From Callorhinchus milii (taxonomy: Eukaryota): a stretch of DNA of 64,000 nt. The stretch spans positions 68,512,001 through 68,576,000 of the forward strand of contig NW_024704742.1 in the NCBI RefSeq assembly GCF_018977255.1, given 5' to 3'. This document shows positions 39,614-53,190 of the stretch, in pieces (positions within the stretch are counted from its first letter, which is position 1; each line of letters starts with the position of its first letter). The position numbers and the translations under genes were made by a program. The notes under the pieces are model-generated. The model saw only the letters and a list, made by a program, of their open reading frames with translations, was not told the DNA's origin and did no database searches.

Positions 39614-39955
39614 GTGGAGTCCTGTAGCATAGTGGTTAGCACACTCGCCTCGCAAGGGAGAGCACACGCAAGGTGTAACCTTAGGCAAATTTCCTTACTC
39701 GACATGCCTCTGTTTACCTAGTAGTAAGTAGGACCTCAATTGATGGATCGGTTTCTGGGGTAATAATCACTACAATAAAAAATGTGGTCACTCTATCAAT
39801 GACTGTGGGACATGGCTGTCCACAATTGGTTGCACTTTTTGCCCACAAACTACAGTGAATCCACTTTACAGTATATTCTGTGAAGCGCTTTGAGCCATCT
39901 CAACGATGTGATAAGATGCTATATCAAATGCAAGGATTATTATTATATTATTATT
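39614..39955 (+). mobile_element. tRNA-headed SINE (family 1) nested in a DeuSINE
   Basis: Head gtggagtcctgtagcatagtggttagc, core tgtttacctagtagtaagtagg, (tta)n tail. The Deu core breaks at about 39612 and resumes at about 39956. Confidence 0.82.
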
Positions 39956-40633
39956 AAGACTGATCCGAGGTCCCATCTCCCTGTTCGGGTAGACGTTAAA
40001 TGATCCCATGGCATTGGTCTAAAAGAGAAGGGAGCTTCTCTCCCTGTGTCCTGGCCGACAATCCCACAGATTAATCGGTTGCTCATAATCTTAACGGCCA
40101 TATGGTGCGGGATTTTGGATTATTATTACATAAATACGGTCATTACACTTAACAGTGAATTACGCGAAGAACTTTGATAAGTCCTCCCGACGTGAAAGGT
40201 GCTGTATCAAGTGTAAGGGTTATTATTCTATGATTGTCAAAGGGGCACTTTGGCGGAAAGCTTAATCGCTGATGATGGCTTCAAAACCTCCACAAATGCA
40301 ATAAGAAACCAGGCTTGGACCTATGTAGCACCTTTCACCTTCAACATAGGATAATGTCTTGGAGCACCAAGCCAACAGGGGAATAGGAGTGAGGAGAGGT
40401 GGCAAGAAGCAAATTTGAAGAAGTTTGGAAAAGAGAAAGGGCACGGTTGGAGGGATGCTGGGTTTGTGTTTTGGAAAGAGAGGGATGGGAGGAAGGGGCA
40501 CTTTGTCTGAAAGCTCGATCGCTGACGGTGGGCGGGGGGGGGGAGGGAAGTGGTGTGTAGAAGGCCTGTGTTTGCGGAGCGGAGAAGGAGCTGGAAAGCA
40601 AAGGAAAGACCATGTAACTTCTGAAATCACTTG

Positions 40634-40639
40634 TTTATT
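40634..40639 (-). terminator. Candidate distal RNF24 polyadenylation signal
   Basis: AATAAA on the minus strand ending an AT-rich unique stretch (40640-40980), with a U/GU-rich tract (ggtctttcctttgctttcc) about 25-45 nt downstream. Confidence 0.4.
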
Positions 40640-43600
40640 TACATTTCCAGTCAATCACATGCAGATGTCCTCGAAATACCCTGCGATTACTTAGCGAAAA
40701 AAAAAGCCATCTCAATTTCAGAATGGCAATTACATATACAAAAATATAGCTTACAAATAGCAATGTTTTAAAATATATTCTGCTGCAGAATTCTCATCAT
40801 ATATAAACAGGTACGGGACCGATATCACAGATCCTGTAAACCTCACAAAGTTAGGTTTGTTACATGGTATCAAAGAAAGGCAGAAAGCCCAATCACAGAA
40901 AAGAGGATCTCTGCATCTGCTAGAAGTTACACTGTTCTTATAGGAATAAACATACAAAAAGTTTTACGAAGAAATTGACCTTACTCCTAGCAAAGGCGTC
41001 AGTCAGTCAGTCATTCAATGAGTCAGTCAGTCAGTCAGCGACAGTCACAGTCAGTCGTTGTGAGGCTGCTTGTTCTGGAAAATGTTCAACAGTGGCTTGT
41101 TCGCTTTGCGATTGGCTTGTGGCTTCCATTGCACTTTGTTTTCAGTCAGGCCTCAGGCTTTGATCAAAGAAAGGAGGAACAATGTGGTGGTGGTGTGTGG
41201 TGAAAACAATGTGAAAGTCAGACCATTAGGCAATATTTTCACAATAATATTACACTGACACATAAAGCCAGCATCTCAGTAAGGGGTAGAAATTCCGTTG
41301 GGCAACAGATGATCATTAGAGGCTGTTAAACATTCCATGGAATTTCCAACCCTCAAGGGTGGCACTGGACTCATTGCACTTGTTTTCTGCCTGTCGATAG
41401 CATCACTGAACGTAGCAATTTTGCGCTCATGGCTTGGGGGAATGGAAGAGGAGGGGTGAGCGGAGACCACCATCAGAAAACACACCGAACCAAATCCAGT
41501 GATTTCCCACAATTTCAACCCCTCTCACATGTTCTCAAAAAGACTCATCAGGACAGAGGATCTTGTTCTTTTTAAAAAGCATCAAACAAATGAACAAGTG
41601 AAACCCTCACTTCACTGACTTCACCATTCCCTCTGGCAAAGGCGAGCTGAATGGATGAAAAACATGTTCCCTTCTGCAGGCTGTGCTGCTAATCGCTTTC
41701 TATCAGCTCTCTGGATGAGTGAGTCTAACCGTCTGGGTTGTGTGGTCACACCGAGTCTGTTTGCTGTCTTTGCTCCTGAACACAGAATGCCATCACCCAC
41801 ACCCCAAGCCTGCTCTTTCAATGCTGGGTTAAATTCCCTGAATAGGCAACCTGGCTCAGTGGTAGCAGTCTTGTTTCTGAGTCAGAGGTTCAAGCCCCAC
41901 GTTGGGTCTTGGAATTACATTTGTCTAAGCTTCACTCCAATTGCACACAGTATTGTCCCACAAACAGTTGCGGATTGAGTGACCAATTTTTTTTAGGGGG
42001 GAGAGATTATTACCCCTGGAAAGCATCCGCCAATTGACTAACAAATGGGTTCCTACTTACTGCTGGGTAAACAGAGGTGTGTGAAGTAAGGAAACTTGCC
42101 TAAGATTTCAGACTGCCGGGAATCAAACCCGGGTCTTTTCACTTGCGAGGCGAGTGCTCTAACCACTATGCTACGGGGCTCCATGTTTATTTCTACACTG
42201 TAATTCTTGAAAGTTACAGAAAAGTGGCTTCAAAACTAAGGCTGAGTTTTAAAACTTTATCAAATTCTGGCAGCTCTGAAATACTACATAAGAGTGAATT
42301 CAGAGCCGGGTGAAATTTCTTCTGGGGATTGAAGCAGAGTCCAAAATGGGTTTTTAAATGGAAATCAGACAAACATGTTGAAAAGGAAGCATTTAATTGG
42401 ACGTGAGAATGAGGCAGGGGAGTGGGACTAAGCAGATAACAACAACTTGCATATATACAGCGCCCTTCACGTGGGGCAGTGTTTTGGAGTGCTTGACAGT
42501 GGCGGACCCTGTCACGGAGCCGGGGGGGGTGGGGGAGGAGGTGACCGTAAACACTGTTGAAGAGGAAGGTCTTTAGGCGTGATCTAAAAAAGGGGGAGGA
42601 GGCACGAGGGAGAGATTGAGGGTGAGAGTTCCAAAGTTTAGGGGCCAGCGGTGGAGCAGAGGGGACGTGTGACAAGCAGGAAGCCAGAGCCAGCCGAGGT
42701 GGGACAGCGGGTAGTGCGATAACTCTTTCAAAGAGACCCAACAGGGACGCCAGGTTGAAGAGCCTCTCTGCTGTAGGATTCTTAACACTAAACTAAATCC
42801 AGAGTGAATCGAGATCTGTTCTGCTTCCTCCGTTTCTTCGCTCACAAGGAAAATGTGGCTCAGCTCCCAGATTCTGCTGTATAAATGAATCCAAGTACAA
42901 CCAGAACTTGAAGCCAAGCAATACAAGTTGGGAAAAACTCAAGGGTTGAGCTGTTGGGTTTGGGTTCGTTCCCACTTTGGATTGGGAAGGAATTTTTAAT
43001 AATAGCAAATGATCCCAACATTTCTCCATGTCTGAGTACGGCTAAAATCAAAACATCACAAAGGGTTTGCTGTCAAGTGCTTTGACTAAATTTGTGAGCA
43101 AACAAGAACAACTTGGATTTATATAACGCCCTCCACGCTGGACGGCGTCTCAGAGCGCTTTACAATAATGGATCCCAGGGCGAGCCAGGGGGAGGGGGAA
43201 GAAGGTGACCAAAGGCGCGGTCGAAGAGAAAGGTCTTCAGCAGAGACCTGAAAATAGGGAGGGAGCGAGGCGAAGGGAGTGAGGAAGGGAGTTCCAGAGC
43301 CTTGGGGCATAGTGCCTGAAAGCACGGGCACCGAGGGTGGAGCGGAGGACTCGGGGGACGAGGAGGCCAGACCCAGAGGAACCCTGGAGCCTGGACTCCA
43401 GAGCAGTGCTGGGGGTGAGTGCTGTATTTTCAGAGGTACTGTGCTTTGGATGAGATGCTAAAACCGAGGTCCCATCTGACTGTTCAAGTGGACGTTCAAG
43501 ATCCCTTGGGGCTATTTGAGAAGAGAAGGGAGTTTTTCCTAGTGTCCCGACCCACAATACCCCAGATAAAAATTAAGTCACTCACTTCATGGCTGTTTGT

Positions 43601-46600
43601 GGTATGTTGCTGTGTGTAAATCAACTCTTGCGTTTGCCTTTAAAATTCACTACACTTCACAGTAAAGTCTTGGACACTGGAAGCGTTTTGAAATATTTTG
43701 ACATTATAGGCGCTATATCAACTGCTAGGATTATTATTATTATTATTAAAAATATACCTTTCATTCCCCACAATACAGTGAGTGAATGCAGACTGCATTG
43801 CTTAAAGAGAGACATTTGAATATAAAACATGAAGGATTGGACTTGATGGAAGATTTCATTTGAAAAGAGCTCCAGACCTCCAGTTATTTTGGAGTCCCTC
43901 ATTATTTCGTATCACGAGGGAGAAGGCAATAGAGTGGAATGGGAGAGGGGAATGAAGAGGTGGGCAGGAGGGGCGGGGGCGGTATAAACACTGACATGGA
44001 CTAACTGGGCCAAATGGCTTGTTTGGGTGCTGTATCATTCTGTGTACGTCTATGTTGTGTGACTGTAAGGCGGGTAACCCTGGCGGCTAACCTGGATTAG
44101 CAACATTCCACAAACAGTAATCAGATGAACGGATGATTATTCTGTTGATGTGGATGAAAAACTGGCTACTAAAGGGGGGAAATTCCAGTTGGCTTTGGAG
44201 ATGTTCAGTTAACAGCTATCAACGGCTCACATCGCCTAAGAACCGACACATGGAAGTAATGTCAGCCCCGTGCAGTCAGTTTGTGTCTAAAATGGCCTGA
44301 TTCAGCACGATCTGCCTGACCACCACTGTGAAGGCAACCTGTCAACCATTCTTCCCCACTCTCTGGAACTATACACAAATCCCTCTGCCTCGATGCCTCC
44401 TTCCACATCTTTAAGGCTCGCCTTAAGATTTACCCCTTTGACTTGCTTTTGGTCAACTTCCCATCCTCCCCCCACCCCATCTTTAGTTACCCCCTTGCCC
44501 CTCCCACCATGCTCAAATGTGAAGAGCTTTCAGACATCCTCCCACCACGAATATGAATGTAAACTGTATTATGTGAGATCTGTGGAAAAGACAATTCAGT
44601 TATACAACAATACAGTTTATATTTATTTCCAATTGGAAGCTTTGTTTCTTTTCCTTTAAGAACTGTGGGGGAAAAGAAAAAAGCTTCCAAAACTAAGACT
44701 GAATTTAAGAGTTTTTCCTAAGCATCTCAAAATTATAAGGCAAAGCAACTACTGCAACCTAAAACTAGACTGAATTTCAGGCTTCCAGAGAACGCCCGGC
44801 TCTTTCAAATACTGAACTATTGCGGTGGGGGGGGCGGAGGTAGTGGGCCGCACGCACATACTCTATACAAAATGTGCCCACACAAAGTTCCCCCCACCCC
44901 ACTTCATGCTCTTCCCTCGCAAACACAGAGTTAGCAGTTCAGAGCTGACACTGATCAAGTGCAATGAAAAGACCACCTTATTGTACCCTCTGAAACCTCT
45001 GCCACACGCTTCCCTTGAGCGCCTTAACATCAAGGGGAGGGGGGAATTTTCATTTGTGGGGGGGGCGGGGGGCGGGGAGTGGGAAGGGAAGACATGTATA
45101 TAAACACGAGGAAACACAAGCAGCCTTGGTAGCAGGAAAAATATCGTAAGTACATTAAAGATATCGCAAGGTAAATATTTACACCATCTGAAGTGGAGGA
45201 GTGGACAGTCTCTCTCTCTCTCTCTCTTTCAGTTGACGAGTCCGATCCCAGTAACATATGGGGGGAGGCTGCACGGAGGCTGTCACTGAGATTATGGTCC
45301 TCCCCCTCATTCAGGGGCAGCCTTAGGATCTCAAGGGATCAGCTAGGAAAGTTGAAACTATAATAACTTTCAATGGGGAATTAGATGTTTATTTGAAAAG
45401 AAAACATTTGCAAGGCTCTGGAGTAAGAGAGGGGGCGTGGGACTCATTGGTAGCTCTTTCAAAGAGACTCAACATTATTTTTGCAAATTTGTTTTTGTGT
45501 ATTTAGTTATTTTTTTTGCTTGAGGTAGGACTGGGCGTGGGGGGGGGGGGGGGGGGGAGTGTTTGAAGAAAGGGCTGGGTTCAAAGCAAAATGGTCAGGT
45601 TTCATGGGGTGGGGGTGTTATCAAGGTGTGTGTGTGTGTGTGTGAGAAGAGGTCGATTTAGTGAGATGTTAGACATGAATCGTGTTGGATGTTCTCTGGA
45701 TGTATAGGAGATAAACCCCTGCCCCCACCCTCTCCCTCTCCAGCTCTACTCAATGGCAACATCCGTGAAGCCGGGCGATGGACTCAAATGGCCAAGTATT
45801 TGTCAGGGTGTCCCTGTGAGAGCAGAGAGTGTCCGCAGCCTCCTAGCCCTATTGAAGCTTTGTTCTGTGAAAGACAAGGCAACTCCCCCTAAAGCAGGTT
45901 CCGCTAAGACGAGGTGCAGCTCAAGACTTTCTCTGTCACTCGAGCGAGAGAGCATCGATTGACCGCTGGGTGGAGGGAGGAGTTAGAGGGGGGACAGTGA
46001 GGGTGGGGGGAGGTGGGAGCGAAATGGCATTTTCACAGAAACATATAAGTGCACGCACAGAATTAGTTCTTGAGACAATCCTCTCCGGCCTGACAGCCGG
46101 GAAAGCACAAACTCTGAAAAATTCAAACTCTTGTGTAAAAAAGTGAGGCAATTGTTGCCGTTTAAAAGTGAAGTAAAAAAAATTCCCGAAGGCAGCGAGT
46201 CCCCATTAAATTGGCTCAATGATTTTCAGAGGGAATTACCTGCCAACAAGCCCCAGGCAGAAATAACCGGAAAGCTGGCGTTCCAATGGCCCGGTGAGCA
46301 CCAAGTTCCAACATCAAGCCCTTGGGGGCAGTGAATGACCATCAAGGTTTGCACCCAATCATCTTAAGACTTGGGTTTATACAAATCCATGTCACAGTTG
46401 CTTCCAAAAAACAGGCTCAATTGTTAACGAACATTGGGAATCAGTATATAGTTTGGGACAAGATGTGTGCATGCAGGATCATGGAAGGCAAAGTGGATGT
46501 TCCTTGGTCTTCTTTCGACTAACAATTTTTATGCTCTTATGTTCAAGCGGAGAGAGTTCTCAAACAAGATTCACCACGAGTCACCAAGCCCTGGGATTAC

Positions 46601-48586
46601 ACAATAAAAATACAGCTCTGGTTTTGAAGGTCTTTGGTAGTTCGCAAGATCCATTTGGGGGAAGGAGACCCTTTGGTCCATTTAATTCTATCCTCCCAGG
46701 ACACCCGAACGACCATCCTCCCATCATGGCAACTTGAGCTGGTTCTTGAATGAGTTCCAATGTCCAGGCCTCAATCACTGCTTCCTGGTACTGTAACTCC
46801 ATTTTATTCCTCTGCGTAAAGAAATACTTCCCGGTGGCTGTCTGTCTGTCTTGTAATTAGCTCTGCACAGCCCTTAACTTGCTGGAAGTCTCTGCTATAA
46901 ATGAGGGCTTGGGATAAGCTTCAGAGTGGCTGAGACACATCTTTGAGGGGGCAATTTTAGGTTATTGCTATCTCTCCCTACCTTCCTCAAACAGATCCCT
47001 CGATTCTGGTTCCTTTTTAGTCCAAGCCTTCACCTCACCCCCTCCCAAACACCAGCAGGAAAATGTGAAGGACAAGGGGTCCACCTAAATAATTGCTGGT
47101 TGGGGGGTTCCTGGATTGTTGTCTACTGAGGAGCTCTAGACTTCATTAGTGACCCTGCCATCTCACCTCATCCAGAACTCCCTGGTTTGCAATAAAATAA
47201 TCATTCTCTTCATTCGGGGGTGGGGGGGGAAACATCCTTAATGTTTCTCACTCACAATCCCAAAGTGGTTGGGTTGTAACACACGTTTACATAAAGTCAC
47301 AGAGAGCACGGAAACAGGCCATTCAGCCCAAGTAGTCCATGCCGGTGTTTATACTCCATACAAAACCCCCTCCTATTCACCCTCTACAATACCACTCTAT
47401 TCGCCCACAAAACACACAGTCACTCCACTTTACAGTGAATCCTGTGAAGCGCTTTGATATGTCCTCCTGATGTGAAAGGCGCTTGAACCAAATTTAAGGA
47501 TTGTTATTAATCCCATCCTCCTCATATATACATCAAGTTTTCTCTTTCGTATTACTTGATCCTCTCTCTCTCTCTCTTCCCCCTTTTAGCGATACATGGA
47601 GAGGGGAGTTTAGAAGTGCTTTTACGCTCTACCTAGTGTTATCAGAACGTGGAATGCCTTATGAGAAGTGTTTCTTGAAATTGATACACCGAAAGGGAAA
47701 CTGATAAACACTTGAAAGAGTAAAAAATTGGTGAGGGAGGGGGTTGAGGAATAGGATTAATGTACAGAGTTGGAAGAGTGACAACAGAGCAGACACGCTG
47801 GTCTTAACCACCTCGTGCTGATGCTGCCCTTTGACAACACTCTACCTTTCGCTACACTTAATGGGGTGGAGGGGAGGGCTTCACCCAGGTGGCTATTTCC
47901 TCTCTCAGGGAGCAAGGAAATAATTCCAAGAATTAATTTCCACAGCCACATTCCCCCCCCATCTCCCATTTCCTTCTCCCCCACCACCCTCCTAGCAAAC
48001 CACGAGGGAGGAGTGGAGACGGTGGGTCCCATCACTGGCACTGGTGACGTGTCTGGTCTGGAAGCACGTTGCTCCTCACAGCCTTGTGTCAAAGCTGCCG
48101 TCTTTAAGAGGCTCAGTTAACGGTTCCCTTTCTCTTCTTGTCCCTGGAGAACACAACCAGGGGCCGATCGGGTCCCTCCCGCGGGGTCCTCTTCCAGCGA
48201 GGAACCCAACCCGCCCGCTATCACCAATTCCTTCGTCTCCGTACCTTATACCAGGGGAGTATCAGCTCAATGCGACGAGTCAAGGTAAAATGTGGTCACC
48301 TCCAGCCCACCATAACCCATGGCGATTGGCATTGGTGGTGAGTTCTGGCTTGAGTTTCAGAGGCCAAAAGTGCTTTGGTTTGTACGGTACACAGCACCCT
48401 CTCGTCCGTACACAAGTGACTCATGGTAGGGTGGAAGGTGGGCTTCGATGACTGGGCAGACGCTCCGATACGTCGTCCGGCCTCCGCTGCCCTCTTACGC
48501 TCCCGGGGGAAACAGACGGGGAAAAAAATTGAAAAGGGAAAATCCATTTCACTTGCGCTCCCCAAGGTCGCTGGGACCAGCGAGAG

Positions 48587-48698
48587 CTACACTAAGTTAT
48601 CAGTGGGCCCGAGGCCTCCCTGCTCCGGGTTACTCTGGAGCACGGGTGTATTACACAGCGGGCAAACCTTCCTCACCTCCAGCCACTTGATCAGACAT
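48587..48698 (-). CDS. RNF24: RING finger protein 24, last coding exon
   Basis: Minus-strand acceptor after a (CT)n tract; encodes (K)[36 protein letters not shown] with TAG at 48589-48587; C-terminal half of a RING-H2 finger. Confidence 0.95.
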
Positions 48699-49203
48699 CT
48701 GGGACGGTACCGAGAGAGAGAGAGAGAGAGAGAGAGGGGAAATAGATTTAGTACAAAGAACAAAAACAACTTGTATTGATATTGCACCCTATGTAGGATA
48801 GCGTCCCCGAGCACTTCACACTGGCCTATAGCTACAGGTGTGAAAGATTTTTGTTAGGTAAGGGTATCAAACGATATGGGGCAAAGGCAGGTAATTGGAG
48901 TTGAGCTGGGGGCGCGAGGAGGGTGAGATAGAGGGGTAGAGGGAGGGAGTCCTGGAAGGTTAGGGCTGTACAACAACAACAATAACAACAGCAACCTTAC
49001 ATATCAGGAGGACGTCCCAAGGCGCTGGACAAGTTAGGGTTTGCACTCAAGCTGGGGGTTGGAATCAAGAGGGGTGAAGGGTAGGGGGGAGTGGGGGTGG
49101 GAGTGTGGCTGAAGTGGGGGTGGGGTGGGGGCAGTAAAGCTAAAGGCCCGACCTCCGATGGGTCTAAAGGCAGCCAGTGACACCAGCCACATTTGCGACT
49201 TAC

Positions 49204-49283
49204 TTTCTGTGGAAAGCATGTTTGCATGGGCAGATCCCAAGCTCATCCTTGGTCTTGAACTCCTCCAAACAAACAGCACAGAT
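49204..49283 (-). CDS. RNF24: RNF24 coding exon (80 nt)
   Basis: Minus-strand cag| acceptor and |gtaagt donor; encodes [26 protein letters not shown](K), the N-terminal half of the RING-H2 finger. Confidence 0.96.
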
Positions 49284-50937
49284 CTGCCGGAAGAAAGCAC
49301 CAAGTCAGCGCCAGTTAGTTGGCTTGGACACAGATTGACGAGAATGGAAGCGGGGGAGGGGCGGGCCACGCTCGGCCCATCGAGCCCGGCAATGGAACAA
49401 CTCAATCTTAACGATATTTAATCCTTACATCTGACACAGTGTATTTCACATCAAGAGATAGGATTTCCTGTGAAGAGCAGTGATTGTGTAATCTTTTGCC
49501 AGTGGTTGCCCAAGGCGATCTTACAATAATCCTTTCATTTGATGCAGTGCCATATCACGTCGTTGAGACATCTCAAAGCGCTTCATAGGATATACTGTCA
49601 AGTGGTTGACTGTGTATTTTGTGGGCAAAATGCAGCAGCTAATTGGCACAGCAATGTCCCCAAAACAGTGAGTGAGTGACCAATTTTACTTAGGGGATGG
49701 TTGGCCGGGACATTGGGAGAAGCTCCCTTCTCTTTTCAAATAGCGCCATGGTATCTTTAATGCCCACCTGAACAGGCGGAGAGGACCTTGGTTAAATGTC
49801 TCATCCAAAGGATGGCACCTCTGACAAAGCAACACATTTCCAAAGACAATTCCTCCCCCCACAAATCCCGACAGGATTGGATCTGGGCTGTGGCTCACAG
49901 GCCTGCAGGCTGGATAGGCTGAATACTTCTCTTTGTATTCTTTTCTCTATGATTTTATGGACCCAAACCTTTGTTTAATGTAGTTTATCTTCACTCCCTT
50001 GAATAGGGGAGACTTGCTGGAGTTGGTCCAATCTACTCTTAGAGGGTTTGGGAAGTTTGCATTCAGGTGAACTTTCCTGCCTTGTAGGAAAAGAATGGTA
50101 AAATTGAGATCAAAATGAGAACGGGAAGCAGGTGAGAATATCGTTTCAGTAAGAGTGGGAAACAATACACTACAAATTTACATTGATCCAGCCCATCACG
50201 TCAGAAGGATGTTCTGGGTTCTCTTGCTTGCGAGGCGAGCGCGCTAACCACTATGCTACAAGACTGCAATCCATGCCAATATGGATTCTGAACAGCTGAT
50301 GTGCACGAGGCTAGATTATCTGATTTCGTTCACATCAAGCCCGCATGGTAGGTTTGTTTGTAGCCTGTTTGGAACCCTGGTTGCATATTTGACACCAAGC
50401 TGTCATTCCAGAGATGTGTTTGTGGATGGCAGCCAAAGGCAGAAAGTTCACTTTCCTATAAATAGGAACTGAGCGCATGGTGTGCTGAAAGCCAGGCTGC
50501 ACCGACCTCAAATCTGACCTCCCACCATCCGTCCACCCTTCCACCCCCACCACATACACACACATGCAGCCCGGTCAAAGCAAATTACATTGGAATGCAA
50601 ACCCCGAGATGCTTGCCAGTGATTGCCAGCGACTGTGTAGTCTGATGGTATCTGAGAACTGAAGAGCAGTAACATCAGCTCCCACCCACTCTCATGACCA
50701 CCCCAATTCCCTCCCCTTCTTCACTTTTCCAGACCCTGTGTCAAATTACGACCAAACTCCTCCTTCTCCCAGCATCCCTTCCCTCTCTCCCAATCCTCTC
50801 TCATCCTCTCACCATCAACCCTCCAACTAACCCTTCCCTCCACAACCATCTACCTCTCCCCCAAACATCAAGGATTCCCCTATACACCTAGGAACACAGG
50901 AATTGTTAGATGAAAAAAGACCAAGGTTCACTTTTTG

Positions 50938-52523
50938 GAAACCCATCACCATGCTTAAAAATATCCAAATCAGCTGAGATTTCCATGCATCTGACCTACA
51001 CATGGAAATCCAGAGATAGATTGTTGGAATGGAATGCACTCTCTCTCCCGGAGAAACACATCTTGATTACATAATTCCGCAAAGCATTAGTCACAGGTTG
51101 GCAAGAGCCAAGGCTTGGGGTCCCCAGTGTGTGTGTTGGGGTAACTGCTGGAGTCTAACCAGCTAAAACTGCAAAGCTTGTCGTACACATGCTTGCTCTC
51201 TACACATAAGAATGTAGGAATTGCTAGACTAAAAAAGACCAAGGTCCATCTAGGTCGCCGTCTACCATCTGGTAGTTGCTTGCTACAATAACAGAGATGT
51301 TGAGAGCAATTAATTCTGTATGGATTAGTCTACTATCACAGTGGAAAGCTTCGATTCAAAGTTACCTGGTTCTTCCAAGCCATACTACAACTTACTATAT
51401 GTCGTGCCTCAAATTACTCCTATGCTGTATCCCAAAATATTATTTTCCAAAAGAAATCTATCTAATTTGTATTTGAATGAATCGACACTTTCTGCTTCCA
51501 CTGTCTCCCTGGGCAGCCTGTTCCACAGATTAACCACTTACAATTGCAGAGTTACAAAGCCGTGTCTGTGTTGATTCTCAACATGTGACTGCATAGAGGA
51601 AGCCTGGAACAGATAGTTAACCCGCGCTGTGTACGACACACGAGCATATGTCAGTCAACGAGAATTAACAACAAAGCTTAAGCATCCCCAAATAAACAGA
51701 CAAACAACTCAGCAGCGTGCTAAGGACCATTGCAATGGACAATGTGCTGACTGTGGACAGGGCAGCCCCTCATAGGGAATAGGAAGGATTTGATCATCAA
51801 CTCTGACTGGCTCGTCGGCAGGACTTGGAGGGGCAGAAAGGATTCTTTCCACTCGGCTCTGATTAACTCTGCAAGCCAAAGCTTTAACCCATGGGATAGG
51901 TCTAGCTGGTCAAGTAGTGGGTAGCCCAACCGTGCTCTCAATGGCAAGCTATATGGTTTTAGCTGGTTAGTCTCCAGCAATTATCCTAACAAGCACTCTG
52001 GGCTCCCCAAGCCTTTGCTCTTGCCAACCCGCACCTAATATTGTCCTGAATGAGGTAAGCAGGGTGCATCCTTTTGGGGAGAGAGTGTGCATTCCATTCC
52101 AGACACAGGGAAATTTCCATGTGTAGGTTTCATACATATGTGGAGCTCTCAGTTTAGTGAGGATACTCTTAAGCACGGTGATGGGCTTCTGCATGTGTCA
52201 GTCACCAAAACAAAATCAACTCTTCCTACTCTTCATTTCTGACAGACTGACTGATAGACAAATGTACAAGACACACACACAGCTGACTACCACCTCCTCT
52301 CTCTCTCTCTGTCTCACACACACAGCCACAGCCCATCTCTGACTCACATAAACATACACTTACAGAATGTTCGTTAGGGTAACTGCTGGAGTCTAACCAA
52401 CTAAAACTGTATAGCTGCCATTGAGAGCACGGTCAGGCTACCCACTACTTGACCAGCTAGATCTATCCTATGGGGTAAAGCTTTGGCTTGCAGGGTTAAT
52501 CGGAGCCGAGTGGAAAGAATCCT
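50938..52523. repeat. Cluster of three copies of an unclassified interspersed repeat in alternating orientation
   Basis: Copy A + about 50938-51172, copy B - about 52190-51720, copy C + about 52373-52523. Part of the unit recurs at about 23060-23190 and 31770-31910. Confidence 0.75.
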
Positions 52524-52594
52524 TACAGAGCCATGCACACTTACAAAGCCATGCACACATACACACTTATAAAGCCACACACACACATGTACAA

Positions 52595-53190
52595 ACAACA
52601 ACAACAAGATTACATTTGTATAGCGCCTTTCACGTCAGCAGGACGTCCCAAGGTGCTGGACAGCGTACAACATTTCAGACCCGAGCTGGGGTTAGGGGGG
52701 AGAGGGGAGGGGAAAGGGGGTGACCAATGGCATGGTCGAGCAGGAGGGTTTTGAGGCGGGACTTGAAGGCGGCTAAGGAGGGGGCGAGGTGGAGTGGTTG
52801 GGGGATGGAGTTCCAGAGATTGGGGGCAGAGTGGCTGAAGGCTCTCCCGCCAATGGTGAGGTGGGTGGGTTGGGGGACGTGCAGCAGGCCAGAGCCGGCT
52901 GAACGGAGGGAGCGGGCGGGTTGGTAGGGGGTTAGGAGGTCACATAGGTAGGGTGGGGCCAGACTATTGAGGGCCTTGTAGGTGAGGACCAGGATCTTAA
53001 ACTGGATCCTCTGAAGGATAGGGAGCCAATGCAGTCGGGTGAGAGTGGGGGAGATGGGGTCGGGAGTTTGGTGCGGGAGAGGACACGGGCTGCAGAGTTC
53101 TGTATTATCTGCAGCCTGTGGAGGGAGGAGTTGGGAAGGCCGACAAGCAGGGCATTTGCAGAGTCGAGCCTGGAGGTGATGAAGGCATGA
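52595..53190 (-). mobile_element. L2 LINE 3' fragment inserted in a minisatellite
   Basis: HAFITSRLD, IIQNSAAR and LHWLPILQRIQFKIL motifs; (CAA)n tail. Confidence 0.88.

Noticed and set aside
41276..41518. Minus-strand ORF (L)KLWEITGFGSVCFLMVVSAHP, resembling a GDNF/neurturin signal peptide
   Set aside because: It starts with TTG, the in-frame ATG just upstream is followed immediately by TGA, there is no convincing donor, and I found no cystine-knot exon (LGLGY..FRYCSG, CCRP) downstream. It probably lies in the RNF24 3' region.
41525..41560. Minus-strand CTGATGAGTC..GAGAAC resembling a hammerhead ribozyme core
   Set aside because: The GAAA motif and the closing pair of stem II are missing, and stems I and III are not evident.
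43968..43990. GC boxes followed by TATAAA
   Set aside because: Lies within a CR1 3' tail remnant (ataaacactgacatggac...gggccaaatggc).
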